A stretch of DNA of 64,000 bases, from assembly GCA_905178155.1 (NCBI GenBank), contig CAJINV010000022.1, positions 62,001-126,000 of the forward strand, in the 5' to 3' direction. The translations under genes were made by a program, and so were the position numbers. This DNA comes from Amoebophrya sp. A120 (lineage: Eukaryota > Protista > Dinoflagellata). Shown here piece after piece: positions 50,345-63,800 of the stretch (position 1 is the stretch's first letter; every line of letters starts with the position of its first letter). The notes below the pieces were generated by a model, which saw nothing but the letters and a program-made list of their open reading frames with translations, did not search any database and was not told where the DNA came from.

Positions 50345-53300
50345 ATGGCGTCCCTCTGCACCTATGTTCTCCTGTTCGGAGTGTCTCTGGCTCTGATTCT
50401 GGTTTGCCCCTTTACCAAGACGGAGGAGTCCTTCAACATGCAGGCCATGTACGACTTGTATTACCGAGGGGACGAACTACATAGATACGATCACAAGCTC
50501 TTCCAGGGAGTGGTGCCCCGCACCTTTCTCGGCCCGAAATTTGTCCAGGTGTTTCTCTTCCGACCGATGTATCAAAGAAAAAAAGTTCGCCACGATCACT
50601 CATGCGCATTTTCGCAATACGAAATTTTCTGTCATGCGTAAAAATGCATCACGGCCACACTTCATAAGGGATTTCCCTAGTGTTTCTGCAATACAAGGAC
50701 TACAAGCTGTGACGCTAAAAAAATTTGTAATGCAAAACCTGCAAGGTATAGGTAATGACAAACTTTTTTCTCTCCATACAATGGAGTATGTCTTTAGTGA
50801 CGCTGGTGAAGACCTCAGCGATGCATTTTCCAGTACCTCCTCCGCGGGCACAGCTCCTGGAAAGACTATGGACAGCCACTTTAACAGCAAAATCTCCGGC
50901 TTTTCTCTTCTGCTCTCAATCCGCTGCTTCCTCGGTCTCTGCAGCTTGCTCGTGTTTCTCCATCTGGGGCGGAGCTTAGATCGAATTTTAAGGCGGGTGA
51001 AGAGCGTTCTGAAAACAACAGCACCCACGGGCGCGGGAGGGAAGCCGTTGCAAATTACCGATACAACCGGAAATAAACTGAGGAACAGCTCAACGACGTC
51101 CACAGCAGCTGCAGGTGATCTCAACAAAAGGGAAAGAAACGACAAGACACCTGTCGTCTCAACTCCGGTGAAGACGATCTTTTTTTTATTTCTGCTAACC
51201 CAATTTCACCTCATGTTTTACTCCAGCCGGTCGCTGCCAAACACTTTCGCGATGCAACTGTGCGGCTTGGCACTGAGCTACTGGATCCGGAAACACTGCT
51301 TCAAGACTGTGTTTTTGGTCACGTTAACCGCCGTCTGTTTCCGCTGCGAGATGGCGTCGATTTGGCTCGCTTTGTTCTTCGACAGTGCGATCAAAACCAG
51401 CTCGAGTAACAAGAAAACCCCGCGGACTTACAAGCGGAAATTTTGGTTCGCGACGGTAATTGGGGTTTTAATGGCGTTACCATTGACAGTGTTCGTCGAC
51501 AGCTTCTATTGGCGGAAAACGGAATACAGTTTGGATCTGTGTCGAGTGGAGATCGATGCAGGGGCGACGAGTACTGGTGCAAGCACAACTACCTCCTCCG
51601 CTGGAGGTGCATCTTCTGCGTCCTCTCCCTTCTACACGATCTCTGCGATGAAACGGAATCTGAAACACACCACGACTAGTCTTGCGTTAAAAGTCCGGAA
51701 AGCGGCGTGCGATACGAATCATCCGTATTTCCATAAACACACGCTGTTTGGGCGGACCATCCGGAACTTCACCTGGCCGGAATTTTTCGTGTTTTGGTTA
51801 TGAATGTGCATAACTCCCCCTCATTTGTCATGCAAAACACAAAATCCAGGCTGTGCCTCTTGGCACTGTTTATTGCATGACAAACTCCGGAAGCGGCCCA
51901 AATAGCACTGCAATTCTGTTCAAATTTGTCATGCAAAACCTGAATTCTCGCCGGCGCTTGTATGGCCGTTCATGCTATAGCTATACAAATAAGGGGGTGG
52001 AGTTGTGCACGCTCATATTGGTTCAACGGGTACGAGAACCGCAGTGGGGAGTACGGGGTGAACTCAAAGCACTGGTACTTCACCAGCGCGCTACCGAAGG
52101 CTTTGGGGGCTTTGTTATTGGTTCTGATTGTGGAAATCAACATTCTGATGGTGGTGAGTCAGCGGAACGCCAGCAAGAAGAACCAACAAAGTTCTTTGGA
52201 AGGCAAGAAAGCTGCTCTGTCTGCTGGTGCCGAGAGTGGAGGACAAGCGGGTGCTAGTACAACTTCCGGCAGCAAAACGACGAGTAACTCAATCCAGAAA
52301 GTGGACACGACTAGCGCAGGAGCATCCGTTGCACCAAGCCCAGTGCACTTCTACATCTTTCTCTTCCGTCTCTGCTGTATCTGGATTCTGACGCCGACTG
52401 TTGTGTTGTCCATCCTCCCGCATAAAGAGCTCCGCTTCATTTTCGTCCCCATCCTGGCCTCTGTCGCAGTGTTAGCCGCCCTAGCCGCGGTAAGGAGAGA
52501 ATCGTGCGCGATAAGCAGTACAACTACTCCTGGAAGTAGATCCTCTTCTTTCCTCAGCCAGAAATTTTTCTACGACTCCTTTCTTCTCTATGGGAGTGTC
52601 AGGATTGAAATCGACAGACTTGAAATAACTTGTAATGCATAAAATCGATACCAGTTGGAAGCCCAATTTCCAAGCGGCGCATGACAAATTTTCGGAGCAC
52701 TGGAATCCAATTTGTCATGCTGTTTGGGCACAGAAGAATGCTTTTGTCATGCTCCTTTAGCAACTCTATCCCAAACCCTAAATAGGCTATACAATACAAT
52801 CTGCCGCACTTGCCACCCCGGCAAGACAGGCACTTCATGCCTTGCATTTTATGCATGACAAATCATTTCAACTTTGTGGATTTCAAACCTGACGCATCCA
52901 TATTCTCGTTATCGTAGCGATCCAAGCGGGCATGTTCTACGGGCGGCTAATCGTATCAAATGTAAAAATGTCTGGGTCTGGAAGGTTGCAACTTGTGATG
53001 CTGTCTTTGGAAGGTAAAAAAAAATCTGTATTGCATGACCAACAAGAGGGGTGCAGTTTGTGCTACGCGGAGTGGGCGCTTCTCATGCGGAATACGCATC
53101 AGAAGGCCCTTCAAAAATCTGTGATTCTCGGCCATGCATTACAGGCATCATGGGTTATGCAAAATATGCATGACAAACCCGGCAATCTTCCAGACCCAGA
53201 CATTTTCACACTTGACAAATCGCTTCGATCTACAATTACCCCGCCGGCTGGGTTTTGCAGGAGATGCTGACAAACAGGTTTGCGGTAAACGTGCAAAATG

Positions 53301-55334
53301 TAGCCGCCCCCGGGCCCGTCGCGCTGCCCAGACAAGGAGCGACGGCGACGATGTCGGCGGAAGAGCCGACGCGATCCCTGCCGTTTTTGTCCCTGGACAT
53401 GTTTTGGTTCGTGCAAAACCTGGAAACGACGCTGAGTTTGGTTTTTCCGTTTTTGCCGGATTTGGTCAGACACGTGGAAACAAATTTCATCCCCGATCGA
53501 GACTACTTCAATGCAGTTATGGCTTTGAGTTTGGACTACGGCGAGCAGATATTTCACCGACTCAGCTGGGGAAAAACCAGTAAGACGGAAGCAGAGAAAG
53601 CAAGGGAAGTAGCTACAGCTACAGGGGAGAAATCTGCTGCCTCTTCTGGAAGGGACGGAAAACCAAGAAAAGAAACTATTGATTGGAAAGTGCAGGTGAC
53701 GGAATTTACGGAGAATCTACTGTACGGGCCGAAAAGCAACAAGGGAAAGAAGAAAAGTGGCGCAGAACAAGATAAACCGGCAAAAAGCGTGAAAATCGAC
53801 TTCCGCACGCTGGAAGAAATGTTAGTGATGGCGGACTATGCATTGCAAAGGTATCGTACTCGTACTAATCGCATTTATGCATTGAATTTTTTTTTGCCAA
53901 GTTAAATCCGCATTACAAATTGCATTTCTCATTCTGAGGAAATTTGGCATGCGATTTGTACTAGTACGGAGGTACTTTTTCAGTGCATACGGACGCAGCT
54001 GCAACCTCCACCACGACAGCACTACCGGAAGAAAAAAACCGCACGACAAACTCGACCGAGCTTGATGAAAACATAACCACAGCTGGAAAAAAGAAGCCAA
54101 CCGATAAAAATATCATTACCGAAGACGTGCTCCGCCACTCTCTCCACCTCCACCGGTGGCTCTCCACGGCGAAGAAATTTCTTGCCTCGAAAGTAAACCG
54201 AAAACTTTTCAAAACCACTTTGAATAAAGACAGTAGTTTGCAGCAGGTCTCCATTACGCAACTGCTCGTCAGCCCTTTTTTCTTCAAAACCGAGTTCAAC
54301 GACGAAGCGCTTTTGAAGAACAAAGACCGGCTGAAATTCTTCGATTTCGAGAAGGGGACGGAGCAGGTTTTCCGCCGGTTGGAAAAATTACTTTCTCTCC
54401 ACTCCACGACGTTTTCCCGGACCGATTTGCAGGACACGGATGAATATGCATGGCAAAAGTATCGTACTCGTAATAATCGCATTCATGCATTGCAAATATC
54501 TTTCTCGAGTTAGATCCGCATTACAAATTTCATTTCTCATGCTGAGGAAATTTGTCATGCGATTTATACTAGTACGATGCTTTTGCAGTGCTGGCACTGC
54601 ATAATGAAAGTGCAGTGACTGTCCTTGCCCCGAATCGCATCCCGTTGCACTTACATCTCGACCGTCTTGCGGTGAATTCCGGCATCACCCAGTACATCAC
54701 TCGGAGTTTCTATCGCAAGAAAAAAACTGTGTAACTGTAACTTTGTGTTGCAGAAAATGCAAAACTGTTACGCTTGTCATGCTGGACATGCGTCAGAGGC
54801 TATTTTCGTACGTGTTTATTTCAAGTACAAGTTTACGCAACATGACAGGTTGTTTCATGCAGAGCAAACTTGTGATGCTATTCCTCCAAGAAGCACAATT
54901 ACACAGTTTTTTTCTTGCATAGTTTCGCCGCCGTCACGAAGGAGGTTTTGCCGATTATGCATTGCAAAAGTATCGTACTAGCATATAGTCGCAGGACAAA
55001 TTGAAATTTCCTCCGCGTGAGAAATAAAATTTGTAATGCGGATTTACCTTGAGAATGAGAGTTGTAATGCGTGAATGCGATTAGTACGAGTACGATACTT
55101 TTGCACAGGATACCGATGGAGCGGAAGCAAAAGTCGAACTTGCCGGACATCATAATCGGGGAGTACGACGCGACGGCGAACACGGAAAGCCAGAAAAGCT
55201 TCGAGAAATTGCTGGAAAAGGGGAAGTATGAGGTCGTAGACGTGCACTACCAGTTTGCGCGGATGCGGTATAAGGAACTTGTGGTGGAGTTGGTGCCGAC
55301 GTTGTACACGTTCGTGAAGGGGCTTGAGGAGTAA
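50345..55334 (+). CDS. ALG12: Dol-P-Man alpha-1,6-mannosyltransferase (GT22), expanded to ~1,087 aa; 8 introners
   Basis: [66 protein letters not shown]...[47 protein letters not shown]. Confidence 0.92.
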
Positions 55335-57338
55335 AACGAATATAAAACTGCCGTAAAGTAGGGGGTTCGTGAAGAACTTCATTTAATCAACTTATCCGCT
55401 GTACAACTGGTAAAGAACTACATACCACGTTCAGCTCCTTCCAAGAACATTTGCTGACTGGAGCGCTTGCCAAAAGACCATAAGTTCAAGAACATTTAAT
55501 TCGCGCGTGCGTCACACTTGAGGTGTAAGTGCATGCATTTTCAAAGTCAGATGCTGTCAAGACGCCCCTGGCGTGAGGTAAATCGCTAGTACCTCGAGGA
55601 GGCAGAACGCCAGGTGTGCCTCCTGTGATTGGTACACGCACCACCAGCTGTGTTTATTGCGTCATTTTTTGTGGCTCCAAACATGGCGATCATGCACGCA
55701 TGCACCGAGGAGCTTCGCGAGCAAGAGAGAATTTGTCGTGTCTGTGGCGTTTCGGGTCGTTTTCAACGTCTTTTTACGAAACAAGTCGAAGTTGCGATCT
55801 ATGCAGTAGAGTCGTCGCACTCGTGTGAGAGAGTCGATGACGCTGTTTGCTTGCTTGCTTGCAAATCTATTCTTTGTCTTTCGTTGCACCAAATTTCCTT
55901 GTCGTGCTCGGTTTATGGTTGTTTCAACATCCTTCACATTCACAAACAGAAAATTTAACTGATCGGAGATTTAGAGCAGTGACTCGTGACTGCAAACAAG
56001 TTTTAGTGAAGAAGAGCTTAGTACTCCTGTACCTCCTCGAAGAGTCCAGGAGATCGAAGTAGTTCCTTTTTCTATTTTATCTGTTGAATGCACAAACGTA
56101 TTCATGACTCTTCGATGTTCATGTATCAGAAACTTTGCTAATTTGCGAGGAATAACAAAGAAAAATGCAGCAGTGCGTGCTGTTAATGTTTACACTTCTG
56201 AACGTAAACGTAAACTACGCCTGAATCAAGTACAAGAAGAGCCGACCACGGGCGGAACCAGGACAAGTGTGGTAAACCGAAATCCGCAATAGTATGTAGT
56301 GAGGTCACCGAACGGTTCTAACCAGGGAGTTTTTTTGACACCCAGACAGCAAAACGGCCGTCAGTTTTCAAGCGGCCGGAAGCGTTTTTTGACATAAAAA
56401 ATTTCCAATTATCAAGCGGGCGGGGCTTTGAAGTCAAACAAGCCCGGTCGAAAACTATCGATTCGCACTTGATAAAACGACGCAGGGGAGCCGGCAAAAG
56501 GGGCGCCCTTCTGAGGCGCCCGCCGCCTTGATTTCTGGCGGTTTGGGCCGCCAAAAAAGGGGCGCGCAAAAAACTCGCCCAAAATCAGAACAGCGAAACA
56601 GCATGGCACGGCCGCGATTTCGGAGCATTTTGGGCGGCCGCGAAAGCGGCCGCCTTTTCGCCGGTTTCAGAGCCTGGGAGGCTTTGCAAAAAGCGCCGGC
56701 GAGAAAAATAAAGACGCAAAAAAGAAAAAGCGCGCCAGACGCGCAGAGCCAATCCGCATGCTACGGGCCCGATTTTTCGTCGCTTTTTGGACGCCCCCCG
56801 TGGCGCCCGGATCGGCCCCATAGCATGGGGACTGGCTTTCGGAAAGGAATTTCGGAAATTTGCCAAAATTTGCGACGCTTACCAAGCGGCCGCCATACCG
56901 TGCGGCCTAACGTTACTCACGGCGGTATGGCGAGCCCAGAAAAAGCAAAGCCGCGGCCAAGGCGACGGCCGGCAAGAAAACGCCCACGACCTCACTACCC
57001 CCGCCCCGGCGGCTATATTTGGTACAGGAAAAATAACGTGCAGCTTTTGATCTCCTCCGCCTTTTCTTGCCTCCGGGTTTAGGCGAAATACCACTCTTCA
57101 GGGACCAGCAGCACAATAAAATCTGAACCACGACGAGGTCACAAAAAGGAGGCAAGCCTACCTGTAGCTGTACACGGCGTGCTGGTCTTCAAGAACCCAG
57201 TAGCAGTAGGAGCGGCGCCGTAGGAGACCAACCTCATTTCTTCGTAGGAGCAGCTCATAAGTAGCAGTCGGGTGCTGTCTTGCTGCCTAACAGTTGTCAC
57301 TGCTGCTTCTTCACCAGAGCAAGAAACAAAAACCGACC

Positions 57339-58852
57339 ATGACGATGTCCCAGCGCACGACGAAGCTGACCGTGCTGTCCCAGTGCGAATCCGCACCGAG
57401 AATATCGATAAAAGGAAGATTATCACACCAAAAAGTGTTAACGTTAACGGAATTTGGCATGCAGGAATGCACGAGAAATGATGCCCAAATTTGTATTGCA
57501 TAGCATGCACAATAGCGAAAATTTAACACGCATGAGTGCAATGCCCCAAAACCGTTCACGTTAGAACTTTTTTGCTTGATAAAGATGGAAGGACAGCAAG
57601 AAAGACGCGGAAGGACCGGGGCCAGGAGCGTACTATTTGTGACTATTGGAAGATGAACGTATCTTGCAAAACATAAGTAAACACATCATATGCCTTTTAC
57701 CTGAAATGCAAATGTCTACGGTAAGATGCGACATTTTTTTCTGTAATGGTCATGGTCAAGAAACACAGCAAACAGAAATACAAATCCCGCAATGACAAAA
57801 CTAAAACTATCAGGTACACCCCCCAGCCCGAGAAAATAAAATACCCCTCAAAGTCCGCACAAATCCAAGGCCGGTACTCCACACGCAGCAACACGCTCGG
57901 GCCAGGTCCCGGACAGTACTACCAGGGTGACAAGACCCTCGGTGGCAGCCAATTCAGCTTCGGATCGTCGAAACGGCTCTCCGGGAGACTGCACCATCAA
58001 TCACCTGGTCCGGGGAGCTACGCAGTAAAGGGTCTGAGCAAGGGACCAAGTGTCAAACTGGGGGAGAGAGGACGTACGTGTGTTGATTCGTGATTATGTG
58101 TAGGAATGTGTATGTGAATTTGTGTTGCAGTGTGTGGTGCATGATCTGCATGACGACAGCAGGTGCTTTATAGGCTGCCTAGTGTACTAACAAGTACCAT
58201 GGCATCAAAGCATAAACACTATCAGGCTCTTCTCTCGGAACTGTCGGCGGCCCAGGTCCGGGTACTTACATACCAACGGTGGCGAACAACCAGATCTTCG
58301 AGTCAGCACCGCAAGTTGGGTTTGGCACGTCGGTGAGATCATTGGTGAACAAAATGAAATCCCCGGGGCCAGGACAGTATTAATTTGATGAGTTGTTTTG
58401 ATTTTTCGCGTGAAGGATTTTTGCTTCGGAAGAACAAGAATGTTTTCGCATGCACGACGACGAACTTATATGGAATGGCAGTCGTCGGTGTTGTCGCACT
58501 CGCACTACTAACTTCTTTTGCAATTATACAAATTTTCCGTAAAAAAACATTGAAATTCTCAGCTACGGCAAGAACATCGGTTTCGAGTCCACCGCACCGA
58601 AATACAGCATGAAAGCCCGATACGACAAGAAGTCTACGGGGATAAGTTTGACGCCCGGCCTATGAACTGCAAAAGTATCGTACTCGTATAAATGCATGAC
58701 AAATTCCCTCAGCATGAGGAATGAAATTTGTAATGCGGATTTACCTTGAGGAAAAAACTTGTAATGCATGAGTGCAATTACTACGACTACGATACTTTTG
58801 CACAGGATACGGCCCTGGGACAACATTAGGGACGATATCGAGCTTTGGATAG
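57339..58852 (+). CDS. Sperm-tail PG-rich repeat (STPG/ODF3-like) axonemal protein (~223 aa)
   Basis: Six GPGPG.Y/PGPG repeats with SAPRISIKGR, FSFGSSKR and APKYSMKAR linkers. Introners 57421-57581 and 58661-58809; GT-AG introns 57630-57813, 58074-58225 and 58377-58562. Confidence 0.85.
57421..57581. mobile_element. Introner family H (single copy in window, 161 bp)
   Basis: TIR TATCACACCAAAAAGTGTTAACGTTAACGG...CCGTTCACGTTAGAACTTTTTTGCTTGATA; direct repeat AAGAT. Removal joins SIKGR to WKDSKKDAEGPGPGAY. Confidence 0.8.
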
Positions 58853-59751
58853 AGCAAGAACGATATCCAGCTTCGGGATATTGCCGTGCTGCACTCTTTT
58901 TCTTGCTGTTGCTCTTGCCGGTCGTGTCCTCAAACTAGGAAGTAGAATCCGAACAAAATGAACACAACTGAGCTGTCGTGCAGCGATTCATCATGTACTT
59001 TAGATGCAGCTTTTTCAAATGCGCGCTTGATATGCTGGAAATTGTAAAAACCCAACACGTAGTTGCAAGTACTAGGAACGGACTGTAACTGCATTTTCTG
59101 GTGCGTATATGCTAGAAATGAGAGCAGGTGGACAGCATCTTCGCAGACGATGAAATCTAGTACCTCTAATCTGAACAATTGATGAGGCGGCCGCGCCAGA
59201 AGTAGATTGTCTTCGCGCCGCAACGTAAGATAGAGAAGCACGTTCCGCTAGAAGATCACCTCTGTTTCTCATTCCAAACCACGGTGGTAGGTGTTCTGCA
59301 TCGGAAATTGAACTTTGTCAACAAGATCAAGAAAAAAGTGAAATACCAAAACGCTTCATCGGTCAGAGCCAGCTGTTGTACAATTGCAAAGCGAAAAATC
59401 ACAAAAGGATCCCTTATTTCTCTGCGCGAAAGGAAATCTACTTTTGTCAGATCAAATTCAAAGCGGTGGAGAATGTCTTGTTGCAAGCTGGAATTTGGTT
59501 CAGGATCTCTTCGTCGTAACGAAATGAGCCAGGACCTAGATTTTGGAGGTAGTTGTCCCTTGTGCAGCTTTTAGTTGCGAACACCAGAACTAACAGCAAG
59601 ATAAACAGCGAGCACCCGCCGATAAAGTTTTCTCATATCGTACCTTCTGCGACAAATTCGATTAGTCAAAAAAGTTGTTCTACCCAGCACCTGTAAACCA
59701 TTCCATACTTAGTTTGTTTCCTGACTAGATTATACCTCACCCAACATCAAA

Positions 59752-59973
59752 ATGATCGAGATTATCCTGAACGACCGAATCGGGAAGAAAATTCGGGTAA
59801 AGTGCAACCCCGACGACACCATTGGCGACATCAAGAAGCTGGTCGCCGCACAGTCCGGTGTCAGGCCAGAGAAGATCAGGCTGCAAAAGTGGTACCAGAT
59901 CTACAAGGACCACATCACGCTCCAGGACTACGAAATCAAGGACGGCATGGGCATTGAGTTGTATTACAACTAG
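59752..59973 (+). CDS. UBL5: Ubiquitin-like protein 5 / Hub1 (73 aa, intronless)
   Basis: [36 protein letters not shown]...[23 protein letters not shown], with the C-terminal YY. Confidence 0.97.
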   Translation: MIEIILNDRIGKKIRVKCNPDDTIGDIKKLVAAQSGVRPEKIRLQKWYQIYKDHITLQDYEIKDGMGIELYYN

Positions 59974-60824
59974 ATCGACGACATCTTCATCGAGGGCTGT
60001 TATGATTTCTGCACTTCAAGCGACGAAGTTGTACCTTTGATGTAGTTGTATGAATATCACTCAGCATACGCACGGATATCAGGAGCCCGAGCCGGCGATT
60101 TGATTGCGTCGATTAAAACCTTCGCTTAATATCGGCATGTAGCAACTACGAACATAGCGAACAAATCAAGAAAAAGCGCTATCAGCGTTTTCTTGTCCAG
60201 CGAGAAACCATGGACGGAATTGGAATTCCATTCTATCTAATTTGCGTTTGTAGTAAGCCCAACAAACTCGCAGTGATGTGTTCAAGTGTAGTTGGCAAAC
60301 GCCTATTTTCGAATGAGCCAAATCGTGCTAATGATCGTTATCGTCAATAATTTTTTTTCATTCTTGGCACGGTTTTCAATGTGCTTTTCTCATGATATAG
60401 ATCTTCAAAGCGGGGCTTAGTTTTTTTTCAATCGTTCTCGTTTCGCAAAAATCGCAGCTATCGTTGTGTTGTGTTTTAGAAGGTTAGAGGACTCGACAGA
60501 GAGAGCAACACCGAGGGAATAGTGCGGGATGGATTATCGTTTCGGTTCTTCTACCTTTTTTTTTTCTCAGGTTTGGAAGATGCGGATTTATGAAGCTACC
60601 ACTGCTTACAAAAACAAAGTTTTACCGCCTGGCTTCGCAGTATAGAAAGGAGTTCAAGTTGTGCAAGATTCAGTCAGGATACGAATGTGACCCTGGGTCA
60701 CCTCGTGTCTTGTTCACTGCAGTCACTTATCTTCGCATCAAAACTTTCTGCTCATACGATTACGATTCAAATAAGCACACCTATTTTCCATTCCTGTGCA
60801 AAACGGAACTTGTATTAAAACACA

Positions 60825-63800
60825 ATGCCATCTTCGCCTGCGAGACCGCGGGCCGTGGCCGCCACTAGTTCTGCAGCAGCATTGCTAGCAGCTCCGAAGC
60901 AATTCAAATTTGAAGAGTTTTCCGCGGAACAAGATCAGCAACTCGGTAAGAAGCGAGCAAAGAAACAACATAGAGAGCAGCAGCTTCCGAAGCAGCAGGC
61001 GAAAAAGCAAGAATCGCTGCTGCCGGCGGAGGACGAAGATTTATTTGATGCGGGTCGAGAAGGTAAACTAAATGTCGAACAACAAGAAGAACTTCTCTCC
61101 GATTTCGACGACGACGAGTGCTCTTCTGATGCTTCTGATGAAGACTCCTCCTCTTCCTCTTCCGCCGCGGCCAAAAATCCCGTGCTGGACCAGTGGTTTT
61201 CCGAGGAAAATCCGTCCTTCGGGGGCAAGCGGGATTTTGTGCCAGGCGACAGTAATAAGGAGGAAGTAGTTTTCGAAATCTCCGACCCCACCGCAGCGGA
61301 GGAACTTCTGAACATCACAAGTAGGCACGAATACAGGAAAGTCGGGGAAGCAGGAAGCAGTAGTAGTAGTAGTGGCGACAGGAAGGACAAGAAAACCGAA
61401 AACAAGAACGACTGGGCGAATCACAAGCTGATCACGGGGAAAAAGAACATCAAAATGTCGGCAAGGGTCTTCATATCAAATGAAAAAGTGTCGTACAACT
61501 CGTACTAATCGTGATCATGACAGAACTGGTTTCTGAAGCAATATATTGAAGACCGTAACAAATTCCATTTGTCATGCTGCGATAGTGTGTAAAAATGTAG
61601 TGTACTACGTGCAATTAGTGGTACGATAGTACTTTTGCAATGCATACTTCAATCAGCTGCTCGAACACCAGATCCAAGCGACAACCTGGATGCTTGCGCT
61701 GTTGCAAGAGAATCAGGGCGGCATCCTCGCCGACGAGATGGGTATGGGCAAGACCGCATCTATTTGCGGTTACCTCCACGCCCTCCGACAGTCCAACATC
61801 CACAGCAAACACGTGCTAATCCTCGCCCCGAAATCCGTGCTGCCGATTTGGCTGGACCACGCGAAGTGGCTGCTGCCCGAGTGGAAAACGGTTGTCGAAG
61901 CGGCGGATACCGACCAAATTCAGACCAAGAAAACGCGGGACCGGGTCGCGGAGATCACGCGGTCGGTGTCGGGGGGAATTTTGATCGCCAGCTACGACCA
62001 GCTGGTCCGCAACTCGCCGCTCTTCAAGTACATCGCGTACGATTCTGCTTTGGACGACAACGTGATGAACCAGCACAACCAGACGGAGTTCCGCAACGCG
62101 AGCGCGTTCAACAAATTGGAAACCGTGGAGGACAAGGCGTTTCACAACCAGCCGAAGGTGGTGGTGGAAGTGGAGGAGGGCGGGGAGGAAAACGAGGAGC
62201 AGGGTGGGACGATCGGCGGGAGGTTGGTCATGCGGAAGAAGAATGAGCAGAAGATGAAGAAGCGGAAGCTTGTCACGCGGAAGGAGTGGGATTTGGTGGT
62301 ATGATGGATTTGTCGTAGAAGTTTACGGCTTTGTCGTCCTGATAGTGATGCAACATGCATCCAATGGGATTGGATTCATGCATAATTTGTTGCAGCAATT
62401 GATGTTCATCGTTAAGATGTTGATGATGCTATGTGAAACTTTTTCTTCTACGTCGTCATCGGCAAACAAAACATGCCTTCTAAACTCCACCAGGTACTCG
62501 ACGAGGGGCACGTGCTGAAGAACCCGCGCACCGCCAAACACTCCGCCGTCGCCTCCATCAAGGCAAAACAGAGAATAATGTGCTCTGGCACCCCTCTGCA
62601 GAACAAACTCACCGAACTGCATTCGCTCTTGTCTCTCGTGACCGAGGGCGCCGTGGTCGGCAGCCAAGCTGATTTTAATCGGCGCTTCCGTAAGCCGATG
62701 GAGAAGGGCTCGCTAGCGGACTCGACGGAGGAAGAGATCGAGGCGAAAACCAAGGCGGCCAAGCGGTTCAAGGAGGAGTTTTATGGCGTAGTCAAATGTT
62801 ACATTCTCAACTGGTACTTACATGATTTGTCATGCAAAAACACTATCACTCTTAACGCTATCAAGCCTTCTCCGCATGACAACTTCTCGACGCGCTAGAT
62901 AGCATTATAATAAATATGCTCCAAACCTGTAATGCAAAAGGCGCAACGTTTTCCCTTTCACTTTTGCCATTCTTGCATTACAAATTTTATGTAACAGTTG
63001 AGAATGTCACGTTTGAGAGAGCCATAAGTTTCTGAAGTCGTTTGTGATGCGGCGCAAGAAGGACAGCATCGAGAAGGACATTCCAACGGGGTTTGTCAAG
63101 CGCGAGTTGGAGTACAAGGCCGGCAAGGACCTGCTGGAGGGACACTTGTCGCAAGAGGATCCACAACTTCATGGAGGTGGTGCCGGTGGAAAGCTGAATG
63201 CTGATGCAACCTCTGGCGCTTCTGCTTCCGCGACCTCCTCTTCCTCTGCCGCGGTGAATTCAGTTGTCAAGATGAAAGTGGAAGTTCCGTCCTTGGATGC
63301 GAAAAAGACCGAGGTAGTTCTTTTGCTTGAAGGTTTTGGTATATTCCGAGCAACATTTTGATGATGGGACGATGCCATGCATGATGCAGCTAGTACTTCT
63401 ACTGCGTGACGTCCTTGATGTATGTCTGGTGTGTGGTTGCAATGAAAAACAAGATGTTTTACTCATAGTTTTTTACTCATCACAACTTGTCGAGATCCTC
63501 GTGTGGTGCCCGGTGGTCAAGGACTCCATTCAGGAGAAGATGTACAAAAAAGCTCTCAATACCCGGGATATGCGGCGGCTGTTGCGGGAATTGCAACAAC
63601 AGGGGGAGTTTGGGGAGAACTGGAAGAACGGAAACGCATTGGCGCAGATTGCTAAGCTGAAGCTGCTCTCCAACCACGCAGTGCTGGGACTGAGGAAGCG
63701 CGACCAGGTGCAACTTAGATAGGACTTTTCTTCTTACAGGCTGGCGCGGTCGCCTTCCTGTTATTTGTCGCACAGTCAGCAGTAGACGCTGGGTGAGGAT

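Noticed and set aside
57746-58093. ATG at 57746 as the start of the STPG protein
   Set aside because: It lies in the predicted GT-AG intron 57630-57813; upstream exons with SAPRISIKGR and GPGPGAY give a better start at 57339.
2438-63026. Repeat-spacer pattern suggestive of a CRISPR array or REP/BIME elements
   Set aside because: The repeats are 140-330-bp TIR elements, the spacers are in-frame exons of eukaryotic genes, and no cas genes are present.
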